Assembly: GCA_036172245.1 (NCBI GenBank)
Contig: JAYWIR010000020.1
Span: 2,170,001-2,234,000, forward strand
Source: Raillietiella orientalis
Lineage: Eukaryota
Direction of reading: 5' to 3'
Length of the DNA stretch: 64,000 bases
The translations under genes and the position numbers were made by a program. Below, in pieces: positions 25,221 to 36,910 of the stretch. The notes beneath the pieces are model-generated. The model did no database searches, had not been told where the DNA came from, and saw only the letters and a program-made list of their open reading frames with translations. Each line of letters begins with the position of its first letter. Positions within the stretch are counted from its first letter, which is position 1.

Positions 25221-27283
25221 GCGCATCTTCCTGGATTTGATGGAAGTCTCTTTTCTTTCCTTTCTTTCTTTCTTGACGTGCATCTCGCACCGATGTGAGT
25301 GAGCGAAGGAGGCTAGAGTCCACGTTGCTGATGCTCTTCCACCTAGGAACGTGGGTTCCTAGCAAGTCCACACGGACCATTTCCCGAGCATGAAGATCAG
25401 GATGAGGACGATCTGAGCGATGAGTCCAGCGATGATAGTGAGGTGGATCTTGGAGGATGATCTTGAGGGAAATCTCAAAAAGAGGGATGATCCATCTTTG
25501 TGAACGTGGTCTCAGATGGTCCAGCGATCGCAGCTGCCGCACGATCGATTGAGTGGAAGTTTTCGTGAAGCTGGAGGCCTCCCGTCCTCCTGAACGTGAA
25601 AAGCGGATAGGTTCATTATTCCCGGCAGGTTCATCCCAGGCTGAAGAGGGGAACGTTAGATGAGGAGGAAATGGCTGCCCGCGGGTAGTCACGGAAGCGC
25701 GGGTCCGTCTTATAGGAATCGCGATTTTCCCTGATGGCACTGACGGAAGTTGGAACTGATCCCCTGGAATGGACACGAAAACAACCGGGAAAAACTTCGA
25801 ATCCAGACTGGAAAATGCGATGTCCCCCCCCCTTCAAAATAAAAAGAAAAAAATAAACATTTTTTCTTTCTTATTCTTTCCGGCACGCTAAGAACCTCAT
25901 CGAAACCACCCGGCTTTTAATTTGTGTACAGCCAGATGGGTCTTCACATGTATCCTGGGTTTTATTCTTATTTTTTTCCCCCTTCCCCCCCCCCGCTATC
26001 CTGAGATTTTCAGGAATTTCGTCCCCATGCTGGAATGCAAGCTGGATAAATGGACCAAATTCGGAAGGACCTTCGTCCCATCGCGCCGTGCTGCCTACGG
26101 AAACGGTGTGGTCCAGAGAGTGATGCATAGCTTTTCAGGATCACAACATTGCAGCAGGGAAAGGAAATCATGCCAGCATCACAGCCAGAGGTCACTCCTT
26201 CTCTCTCTCTCTGCCTCTCCCAGCCGCGCTGCGGTTGCGGAGCATCTGGTAACACACTGCGGCGAGGACGTGAATCTTCCCAAAACGTTCCTCGAATACC
26301 GTCATCATTCTGCGGATCGTCATTGTTCATCTATCATCGAGCGAAAAATTATGCTCTCGTCTGACAAGCCAGCCGCTCTCTACTGCTGCTCCAGCGATAA
26401 ATCCATGCCGGGGGCGAATCTGGAATGCTACGCCGACAAGTTGATAAAAATTCGTGATCTTCCAACGACAAAAACCGGCGGTGGTTCCTGCCACATTTTT
26501 CAGGGATTCCCTGCTCGCGCGGTTGCCTTGTCTCCGGCTTAATTTATTTCCGAACAGCATAATTTAGCCTCCATGGTAACAAGCCCCACTGCGATGGGAG
26601 GGGAGGAAGGCACGCGCGGATACGGGTTGCATTCTCGGAATCGGTCACTCTTGGCGTAACCACAACGAGAACTACAAGAACAACAACGAAAACAGAAAGC
26701 TTCTGAGAAAGAGGAAGAAGAAGCCCACGAGGAGTCCCTTCTACCTGAAGACGCGAGGAACCCGCGGAGCAAGATGGAAAGAGCGGAGACCCTAGAGCTC
26801 GTGGTCGGTTTGGCTCCTCAGGGGGAGGCCAGCATGCTCTCCCTCGGCTGCGCATGCGCTCCGAGTCGGAGGGTAGGGTTCTCCGCAGAGGAGAGCACGG
26901 GAACCTGGCGCTTCGGACGAACGAGGCAGCGGGTCCACCAAGGTCCCACCAACGCACACCGGGTCATGTCTTTGAGGAAGGGAGGAGCGACCGAGATTTC
27001 CCTACAGAGAAAGCACCCCCCCTCCCTTCTTCCTCTACCCTCGAGGGTGGGTGGGGGAGAGGGTGGCTCAAGTGAGACGAGGAGGGAGGTGAGCCATGTC
27101 TCGACGAGCGAAGCGGAGGTGGGTGGCCTCCGCCTCCCCCCGCGTGGGGGGGGCGCGGATCCACGTCCTTTGAGCGCTATTCGGGAGTGGCACCTTCTGG
27201 AGAGCGGGGAGCTGAAGCTGGGAGGTGCCGAGCCTCGGAGCAGGAGGTGGGAAGGCACAGCAGCTCCTTGGACTCCGAGCGCG

Positions 27284-27319
27284 CCCTGCAGATCCTAGTG
27301 ATCACTAGGATCTGCAGGG
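27284..27319. repeat. Perfect 36-bp palindrome
   Basis: ccctgcagatcctagtga-tcactaggatctgcaggg is its own reverse complement, with no spacer. Confidence 0.97.
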
Positions 27320-28865
27320 AGATGGAGAGAGAAATGTCCCACTGCGGACTTCTGATTGCGCCCATTTCCTGGGCAGTCTGGAGTCGGGAAGATCAGGGAA
27401 CACTCCAGGGCGCCCTTGGATCGCTGAGAGGGAGGAGGAGGGAGAGCGGTTCAGTTGGCGCAGCAACGCACCACCTCAAACACAGAGACGCTCGAGCCGC
27501 CTCCCTCCCTCCTTGCGAGGGAGGATGTAGAGGAGGTCGAGAGGGGTGGCTCGTCTTCTCCACCGACAGGTCGCGGAACGCACGGCCGCGCGTTTCCTGT
27601 ACCCCGCGAGACTCCAAAGGGTTTCGCGCACCCCTCCGCAGCCGGACGCGAGCCGCCTCCCGGCAGGGGCCACCTCCCCCGTCGGAGAGGGTTGCGCGTC
27701 GGGAGGTACAGGAATGGCCTCCCAAGATTCAGGGTCGCCACACCCCGCCCCCCTACCCCGAGCACTTCCGGCGCGGAGCGGCCGCTGCTGCAGCCGCGCG
27801 CGCCAGGGGCGGGGAACGCTCCCTTCGATTGTGTCCCCCGAGCCCCTGGTTCCGCGGGGGGAGAGCCCTGCCCTGAGAGGGGGATGGAAAGGGGCCCCCA
27901 ACCTTCCTCGCACACCTGCTGGGGACGGGAGCGGGCGCTCCCGGGGGGGACGCGGGCCGTAAACACGCGCCACATCGTCTCTCCGGGACGCTCCGCAGAA
28001 TGGCGGGCGCGTCGGGCGGGAGGGGCCATAAATTTGGCAGGAAGCGACATGGGGTCGGGAATTCCCTCTCTCTCCTTCTGCGCCGGGGCTTTCCAGGAAT
28101 CCTCCTCCGACAGCCCTAGAGTGGCGACAGGGTCCTCCCTTCGAGGCGCTCCGCTCGCTCCCCCGGATCCCGCCGGGGGCGAAGGATCTCGCCGCCGTAC
28201 GGAGAAGGCGAGAGACACGCCCGTGATCCCCGCCGCCGGGGCAGGAGCTTCCGAGAGGCGGCGCCCTGCTTCCCCCGGACCGGAGGTGGAGATGGCTGCG
28301 AGCGGAGCAGCGCGTTTCTCCCGGAAGCAGCGTCGCGAGGCCGGGAAGAGGAGGGAGGAGTCCGCGCTCCCGAGGGAACCGACGAGGTGGGCTGCGAGCG
28401 AGCGGCGGGAGAGCTCTGCGCTTCCGGGCTGCCCGCTCCTCCTCCTTCTTCTCCTCCCTCCCCCCCGGACGCGAAGCCCTGGGGCCGCCGTCGCCTCCTC
28501 CCTCCCTCCCTCCCCGGTGTTCTATTTATAGAGGCACCAGCGGTGCCGCTTCCTCGCTGACAAATGGACGGTGCCGCGCGCAGCCGGAGCTGCGATCCCG
28601 CGACGAGATACGCCTGCTATCTCGGGCGAGCATCTCCCGGCGAGCGGCAGCATCTCGAGAAGATGAGAAAGCGGGGCAGCCTAGTAGGGAGCCAGGGGCT
28701 CTTGATAAAGAGGAACGGGGATCTGTCATGTTTAACCCGCGTGATGGACCGAAAGACAACAATCACGATGATGATTATTATTGTTGCGTCTCCCTTCCCC
28801 CCTCTCCTGAGAGTGGCTGCAGGGTGCATGGCAACTGCCTCAGGAAACACGCGCGCGCGTGCGAG

Positions 28866-29140
28866 TGGAGGGGGCGGGGAGGTGGAAGAGGAAGGGAGGG
28901 AGGAAGTGAGAGGAGGAGGAGGAAGGAAGGGTGAAAGGAATGGAAAAGAAGAGGAGGAAAGGAAGAAGGAAGGAAGGGAGAGGAGGAAAATAGGAGCTGG
29001 AGGAGGAGGAGGAAGAAAGTGAAAGAGGAGGACACGAGGAGGAAGGGAGGAGGAGAGGAGGGGGAGGAAAGGAAGAAGGAAGAAAGAGAGAGGTGGAAAA
29101 TAGGAGCTGAAGGAAGAGTTGAAGGAGGAGGAGGAGGAAG
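28866..29140. repeat. Polypurine (GA-rich) low-complexity tract
   Basis: One of many. Similar GA/CT tracts lie at ~12940-13030, 34372-34612, 36970-37180, 39660-39846, 41540-41690, 43345-43740, 46420-46650, 50100-50225, 52150-52312 and 55350-55520. Confidence 0.9.
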
Positions 29141-31499
29141 TTAGCGAAACGCCGTGGCTCGTTTTGACTTCGGATTGCCGGCAAAGAGCGGAAAGAAAGG
29201 AGAGGCCGAATGTTCTGGAACACCCCCACTTCTTTTGCTCCAGTCGGGAGAGAAGAGGAAGGAGGAGGAGAACAAAGGAAGGGACGGGAGGGCGAAGCGG
29301 TGGGATGATTTTCCTCTTTCCCTTCCATTTCGAGAGACGAACGGGAATCACCTGAAGCGGACGAGGAGAGTTCTGCTCGACTCCTCGAACCGGAGCAGAA
29401 GCGTCCCTGCGCTCCTCCCTGTCCGCACGAAGTCCTTCCTTCCAGACGGAGCCGGATCCCAGCGGACCAGTACCGGAGGAAGGAGAATGCTCCGGAAGGG
29501 AGGCGGAGGCTCAGAGGGCGCCACGGTCTGCCGCCTCCTGAAATTGCGCGGCGGCAGCCGCGGCGCCGCCGCAGTTCTGGGAAAAGGAGCGAAGTCGCTG
29601 GCTCCGGTAGGACGGGGACATTCCCCTGCTTCCCTCCCCTCCCACCCATCTTGTCATCTCCCGGAGGCGGAGGGAGAGACTTTCCGTGGACTGAGCTTGC
29701 TCAGCCAGCCGTTCGCTTTCCCTCCTGTAAGTCCCCTCTGCACGCGGGAGTCGAGAGGGAGAGGAGAGGAGGGGGAAGGAGCGACGTGTTTTGAAATCCT
29801 GCGCGACGTGACGTCTCGGGCTGACGCGAGCGCTCGCCCCGTCGGAAGGCGCCCCTTCCGCCGCCGCGCGCCCGTCTGGATGGAGACATCAGCCGGAGCG
29901 ACCTTGAGGGCACGAATAGGGAGATTGCTGGAGATGCTCGAGGGACTCATTAGGGTCATTATGTCATGGCAACGAGCGATGGCGCCGCGGGCGCGAGATC
30001 GGCTGGAGGATTCCGCGCGTTCATCCTCCCCGAGGAGGGTTGGCGTCTCCCCGGCCGCTCCCGGACGGCGAGCAGGGTGAGGAGGACCTCTCTCCTGCCC
30101 CCCCACCCAGAGGACACACCCCTTCCCTCGCCCTCGAACCGGTCCAGGGCGACTCTGGGACGGTTCCTTCGGTCCAGGTGGAGGAGTCGCTCGCTCGCCA
30201 CTCTCGGGACGCAGATGTGGGAAGAGGAGGCCGCTTGCATGGAAAGGAAAGGGGGGGAGCAGGCAGGAACTCGCGGGATCTTCACCCTCCTGTCCTATCT
30301 CCTCCCCCCCCCCCTTATCCTTCGAAGAGATCCGGCGCGCAGCGTCCTCCCTCGGGAGAAGGGGTGCGCCGTTCCCAGCTCCCTCCTCGCTCGGCGGGAG
30401 TGTTGCTCAGCTCTCGTCCTGAAGAAAGACGTCCTCGCTCCTACCCTCCCCCCTCCCGTCTTTCTCGTCCTTCCGAAGATCCGCCCGGGAGACTCGCTCT
30501 CCGTTCCGCCCGCGGAGCTGAAACCAGGACGAAGAGGTCAGCTTAGCCTCGAGTCGCAGACATCTCCTCCCGTCCTTCCCCTGTCCTTCCGAGGGGTGGA
30601 GCGGGGCTGGGGGGTGGGGGGGTTCGCTCCCAGGGACACTCCCTGTCGGTGACCTCACCAGCGGGCAGCTGCCGGAGCGAGGCAGAACGCATCCGCGACG
30701 GAGGATGCGTTCCGAGGGAAGCGGCCCAAGGTGCGCTCGCTCGATTCGAGGCAGCCTCCCCGGCGTCACCCTGCCAGACGCGTGACGAATCCGCTCTCGC
30801 GGTCCGCTCTGAGGAAGCAACCCGAGGGGTACCGGGTTGGGCGGGGAAAGAGTCCCCAGCCACAGTCTCTGTGATCCAGGGGAAAAAAGAAAGGGATGGG
30901 GGACCGAAGGAGGGTTCAGCCGTGGCTCATCCCTGGAGGGTAGAAGACTCTCAGCAACCCCACCTCTCTCCTTTAGCCCCTTCCTTTCCCCACAGGGTTC
31001 TGTTAGGGGTGGGAGGGACGGTGTCCACCAACGCTGCCGCAGTTTCTCTTGCCAGTTCCCGACTAGAGAGTGGGAGAAGACCTTCCTCCCTATGGGCCCT
31101 GCCTCGTGCCCTCGCCGGGTGAATCCGCTGTTTCCGTTCCTCCCTCGGGGGACAGGCCACCGCGTCCCTCGATCCTGCAGGGTGTGGACCCGGAAGGGAG
31201 ACATTTCCTTCTCCCTTTTAGACCGCGGTCGTCCTGGACGCGTCCCGGGATCTCGCAGGTGGGGTAGGTGGTGCGGGAGCGGTCCGTAGAGGGAAGGGGA
31301 GTGCCTGAGAAGGGAAGCCAGCGGAGCGCTATTAATAGCCCGGCGCACGCGTGGAAAGATTTTGGCGGAGGGCGCAAGTGACCACCGGGGAGTGACCTGC
31401 TACTTCGCCCCCCTTTCTCCTCCTCCTTCCCGTCCCTGCCCCTGGCTCGTACGGCAGGCTCTCGTCGTCACCCTCTGCCTTCCCGGCTCGCCGCAAGGG

Positions 31500-32420
31500 T
31501 GCGCTCCGGCGCTCGAGAGACTGCCCGTAAGAGGCGAGCCTTCTCGGAAGGCGTCAGGGGGAGAGACGGTTAGGGACTGAAGACCCTGTACAAACCCCCA
31601 AACCCTTCCCCGAGGGGGGCCGCCGAGGTCACTCTGCTTCCCCCTCCCCCGCGACCCGTCTCTCCCAGGCGAAGTGATCTTCGCAAGTCGCGACGCCGCA
31701 GCGGTAGGGGTAGAGGGGTGCCGCCTCGCGCGCGCTCCCGGTACCCCCCGCAGCTCGAGGCACTCCCCCGAGCAGTGGGATCCCATTTCCCCACGGTGGC
31801 CCACGCCCTTCGCTTGGTGTTTCCAAGAGGGAAATCCCGGCTCCTGGAGGCGCCCTCGGCCTTCCCGACCGTGCCCAACGCACCCATCCTCTTTCTTCCC
31901 TTTCGTGATGGAACCCTCATCCGGGACTCCGAGCCCCTCTGGGGAGTCCTTGCTTCGAGAGAGTGAACGGGAAGCGGGAGACGGGGCAGGATGGCCGCGA
32001 CAGGACTCTCCCTCTCCGCACCTTCCCGCGACCCGGATAGGGGAGGGAAAACCGGGAGGAGCAGAGAAGGGGACTCCGCAGCGGCTGCTGGCGCCTCGGA
32101 AGGTGGGAGACCTCCTTCCCATTTGCGTGTCTTAGAAACCCGTCCGCGGCGCTGATCTGTCGCCCCTCGCCTGAGATCAGTTCGGATCGAACTGCGGAAG
32201 GGGCGGGGCAGGGTGAATGGGGGGCGGTCCAAGAGACCCCTTCCTCTCCCCTCGAGGTCCCTTGGGCGTCGCCAGAGCTCCGGGACTGCGGATGCGCCGC
32301 CATTCCCCGACAGTCGAGGGCGGGAGGGAGGGAAGGAGGAGGGGAGGGGAGGGAGAGCAGCAGCAGGAGCAGACCTTCTGGGCCCTACGCGGGGAGTCCC
32401 GGCTTCCTGGATTACACCAG
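31500..32420 (-). mobile_element. Possible decayed gypsy integrase remnant
   Basis: In order: PPFTLPRPFRSSIRTDL (cf. P.LP.RPWQKVGTDL), GLGVPDE, LTVSPPDAF (cf. TGVSPAELL). Weak. Confidence 0.35.
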
Positions 32421-33842
32421 CGGGACCGCCCTTCCTCCCTTCTTCCGGGAGGCTTCCCCTCCCCGCAGACGGGAAGGGGGGGGGTCCGCTCAGCAGCAAC
32501 GCGTCCCTAATCAGGACCGGGATCGAATCCTCCTTTTATCCCGGACGCGTGATGGATCGCCGCGGGCGTCCTCCGCCGCGGGATCCGTCGAAAGAAGTCC
32601 CTAATCCAGGAAGAGGCTTTGCTGGGATCGGAAGCTCGTTAACGGCCGTCATAAAGCCAGCCATAAATAACGCGCCGGCCGGGACTCCCGCAGGCGGACT
32701 CGCGGCGCGGAAGGAGCGCCGGCGCGCGCGTCCCCCCTCCTCCTTCCCGGACTCCGGAAATCCCCGCGGAACCGCGGCGGCGACGGCCTTCCTCCTCCCC
32801 TCCCATCCTGGAAATCCGCCCTCCCGCTCCCGGCGTCCGGCCGCTAATAGCAAACGTCAACAAGGGAGGCAGCGGGGGGAATCGGGCCGTGCCTTTTCGT
32901 GGGGCGCGCGTCCCGCCCGCTTGCCGGGACGCGCGGCAGCGGCGAGAAAGTCGGGGCGGGCGAGGGTGGGCTGTTGACTTTGTCCCGCGGGTGCCGCTCC
33001 CTTGTCCGCCCTCTCGCCTTTTTCGCAACCACCCCCGCTCTCCCCCCTTCCTCCCGGACTTAATTCCGGTTAATCCCCGTCGAACGACTCCAGGGACCCC
33101 CTCTCCCCTATTGTCTCCGCTGATTCCCATGCTCCCAAGATCCTCCCTTCCCTCAACTCCTCCCCCCTCTCATCCCTCGTCGCTAATGCCGCGCGAACGC
33201 CTGCCTGCCCGGGAAACGCTGCTGATGGGTTTATAAGCGAGGATGACGACGCTCCTCCGGGAATCCCCAAACGGGAACCCGAGCGCTCCCCTCGCAGAGG
33301 TCTTTGTCGCCGCCGCTGGCGCCTCGGAGGGTGGGGGCCCTCCTTCCCATTTGGCCTCCTCCGGAGCGCGTGCCCCATTCCCCCCCCTGCTAGCCGAAAG
33401 TTGTCTCCTCTCCTCCCCTCTCCCGAGCTGATCGCCTCCAGGAAGACTGCAGGCCCTCGGGGACGGGAAGCACTGGCGCTGAGTCGCGAATGTTCCTCAG
33501 AAGTCCATGGAGGCACTCCTGGGTGAGATGCCCTGGGAGGGGCACGGTCGGCACCGCCGTCGGGTCTCCCTGCGCGCGCGCGCCTGCCAGCGACGGCCTT
33601 TCCGGAGGCGCTGCCAGGGAGGCGCGGGGAGTCGCGTGAAGTGGTCGCGGAGCTCTACGCGGTCGCGGGGGTTCCGGGAATCGGCATCCTGTCGAGGGGG
33701 CAAGCCAGGTTCCTTCCTCCGCACACCCCGACAAGGATTCCCGGGACGTGGCGTGCCCATGATGCTCAGCCCCGGAAGCGGGGGAAGTCTATAAATAAGC
33801 GGAAAGGGGGAGGCAGGCGGAGGCGAAAACAGTGGAGTCTCC

Positions 33843-34281
33843 ATGGAGGCGAGTCGCTGCCCGACGCTGCGCCGGGACTGGGCTAAGCTGAAGGAGGTGA
33901 CAGGCCTGCAGCGGATGAACAAGATGGAGATCCTGGCAGAGATGTTTGAAGGGAACGTCGCCGTTCCCTGGATACAACCCAATGGTCCGCATCACCATCG
34001 TCCCCTTTATCACGAGCATCGTGATGAGAAGGGCAAAAATGCGGACCGGAATGACCAGTATGCCCGCTGTGGAAATCCTGAAAGGATTAGTATTAGTGGA
34101 AAGGGAAATTGGGATCAGAAACTGTGGCCGTATTCCCACTTGGACGTACTATCACATCCTGCGAAGGATTCAGGAACATTGTCAAGTGAGTGAATCCCCC
34201 ACACAAACTCAGCGACTGGATGCCCGAAGACTTACCCTGAAAGTGAAAACCAGTGACATTGGCCAACGCTTGTATGAATGA
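33843..34281 (+). other. Unassigned small ORF pair (116 aa and overlapping 111 aa; 145 aa if joined by a 1-nt shift)
   Basis: TATAAATAAG at 33790-33799, ccATGG at 33843, overlapping ORF ending at 34281, AATAAA at 34290-34295. No family recognised with confidence. Confidence 0.25.
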
Positions 34282-34629
34282 AAGTAGAAAATAAATTCAT
34301 CCCATTGCATGTCGGACTGGGGAAAAATTGAAGGCGAGTCACTGGGCGACAAGCAACCAGCACTTACCTGACCTCCTCCTCTTCCTCCTTACCTCCTCTT
34401 CATCTTCCTTTCTCTCCCTTTCACCGTAACTCCTCTTCCTCCATTTTGTCTCCTTCTCCGCCTACTCTTCCTCCTCCTTGCCTCCTCCTCTTCTTCCTTT
34501 CTCTTTCTTTCACCGTAACTCCTCTTCCTCCTTTTCTCCTTCTCCTCTTCCTCTTGTTCCTCCTTTTTTCTTCCCTCTCTTCCTGCTCTTCCTCCTCTTC
34601 TCTTCCCTCCTGCACCTCCCGTCCTTGCC

Positions 34630-36830
34630 CGGAGACGGACGTCCTTCGTGGACGAATCCGGCTGGACCGCTCGAAGACCGCGCGGACGCTTCGCCGAGCT
34701 GCCCAGCGACGCCGACGGATTCTGCCGCTCCAGCCCGCACAGGGGCGGAGCGAAGAAGAGGAATTCGCCGTGGGTCGGGACTCTTCCCGCTCCTTCGCCT
34801 TGGAAAATGTTTCCGGAATTTTGTTTTTCTTCCTATCCCGAGATCCTTGCGATGCCTGCGGGAGGCTGGGAGCCGTGGAAGAGCTTGCCTAAAGGAAGAA
34901 GCAGCCACTGCGTGGGCGGGAAACAGCCCCAGGCATCGGCGGGGGCCGGTCGACCCAGTACTTATCTCAGCTGCCCCTCACCCCGCAGCACATCCCAGTT
35001 TCCTGTAGGACACCAGCCTGGTTTTCGCGTCACCAGGTAATACCCTCTCCCGGCTCTCTCGCTGAGAAATAGCTCGAGAGCTCGAGCCGCACCGTGGATC
35101 TCCTCCTCGTTTCCCTATAGGATGTGTCTTGCCCAACGGGAGCGGGGGGGAGAGCGGGGAACACTCCCCCCCCCTTGTCGCTGGGTCGGCTCGAGTGCAG
35201 ATCCTGATACTGGATGGCAGAGGCGTCTTGGCATCTCCTGCAGGGAGCAGTGCTCCCTTTAAGCAAGCCGCAATAGTCCCCAGACCTGAAGGGCCGAGGG
35301 CTCCCTGCTCCTTCGGGCATCATACCCAGCCAGCAATTCTTCGGGAAAGCGTTGCCTGGAAGCAGGAGCGGAGGATCGCTGCGCGCTCATCCCGAGGTTT
35401 TTTCCTCGTGGGACTTTCCGCCCTTCCCGCTGCAATCCCGGCTACTTCCGAGGACGAAACCTGGTGGAGCCGCGAGTCTCACCTTCCCTCTTTCTCCGGA
35501 GGAGAGTCATCCTTGCACCAAGGGAAGGACGCCAACGAGCGAGGGATGCTTCTCCCGGAGGTGGATGTCGGGAGTGACGGAAGGGAGTAGAACCGGGAAG
35601 AGTCCCCCGGGATATTCCGCAATGTGGAAAGGCGAGCGGCCCTTGTGGACGCTTCCGCGGACGATTCGTCTCGAAAGGAGGTGCGGGAGGAACCGCCTTG
35701 GTCGAAGGGGCAGGGAGGAGGAGGAGAAACGCAGCTGCCTCGAGTCAGCAGGAGAAGGGAGGAACGGGAAGGAAGGGGGAGGGAGAAACCGCGAGAGCGG
35801 CAGCAGGAGCGGGACTACTAACGAGGGCCGCCGCCAGGGCACCGTCAGTGCATGGTGGTGGCGCCGCGGGAGATCAGTCGCCATCGAGAAGGTGGACAAA
35901 ACTGAATGGGAAAAGGGGGCGGGAGGGGGGAAGGAAGAAATCCCTGGAAGGGAAGGGTCGACCCTTCCCTCCCGGCCTCCCTGGAATCAGCTCGTAGGGA
36001 GGCACCTGCGCCTGCATCAGGGAAGCAAGCCACCGAGCAGGTGAAGATCTGCGAAACGGGGGGGAAATTCCCGGTATCCCCGGCGACAGCTTCCTCCACA
36101 GAGGGGCATCTCCGGATAGCACTTCCCTTCCAGAAGGAGTGGAGAAGCTTCGGAGAGCGACTGAAAGAGGTCCATCCCTTCCTTCCGTCTGCATGGTCGG
36201 CCCCTTCCTTCTCCACGGTTCGGGAGACGAGGGTACCGGAACCCGGACCGTTCTCCTCTCTTCCCTCCCCCTTTCCTTCTCGCCGCTGCCAGGCGCAGCA
36301 AGGTGAGGGCCCTCATCCAGCGTGTCTGAGAGGGGCCCGCCGTTGACAGCGATCCCGTGACACTCATGGAACTCCCGAACGGGCGTGTCCTATCGCAAGG
36401 TGACCGGGACTGGGAGAGGGATGAAGAGGAGGAGGGAGAGGAGATACGGGGCCGCTCACGTCGTGCCTTCCTCCTCTTATTTCTTCTACCCCTTTCTCAG
36501 GACCGCATTGTGGGAGCAACCGCCACAGGACTCCCGCGAGTCATCCTTCCTGAGCGCGGATGGCGATTCAAGCACGAAAAGTGCTCCACCGGGACACGCT
36601 CACGGGACCCTGATGCCTTCCTCCGTTGGTGGCAAAGGAAATCCATATGTCCTGGAGGAGGAGGAGGAGGAAAGAAAAGGGCTAGCCAGGGAGGTGCCCC
36701 GTCCTGCAGCGGCTGCGGAACTGCAGGTTCTCGCTTGCGCTGAGGGATGCGGATGGATGCTGGACATGCCGGTCGCGTGGCTGTGGTGGCGCGGGAGTCA
36801 CTACATCCCGGAGGAGCAGAGGGTCCCTCT
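34630..36830 (+). mobile_element. Decayed Ty3/gypsy pol remnant (RT-RNaseH-IN)
   Basis: SYPEILAMPAGG ~34831 (cf. EDLFASLAGG); ILDGRGVLASP..AIVPRPEGPRAPCSFG ~35206 (cf. IDAEGLHPSP..APRPKNVTELRSFLG); KDANERG; GYSAMWKG ~35610 (cf. NYSQIEKE); TGLPRVILPERGWRF ~36525 (cf. HGLPEVIVSDNGPQF). Confidence 0.55.
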
Positions 36831-36910
36831 GCGGTTCGCTCCTAGAGGGAGCCTGATACCTTCCTTCGTCGGTAGCAAAGGAAATCCATATGTCCTGGAG
36901 GAGGAGGAAG
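36605..36910 (+). repeat. ~60-bp direct repeat, offset 243 bp
   Basis: gcaaaggaaatccatatgtcctggaggaggagga occurs at 36632 and 36875, with similar upstream flanks. Confidence 0.9.

Noticed and set aside
25366..25460. Plus-strand acidic peptide SPHGPFPEHEDQDEDDLSDESSDDSEVDLGG* resembling a homeobox-protein C-terminus; the antisense reads as a hydrophobic helix
   Set aside because: No upstream exon or homeobox found and only a weak acceptor. GAT/GAG-rich sequence gives both readings by chance.
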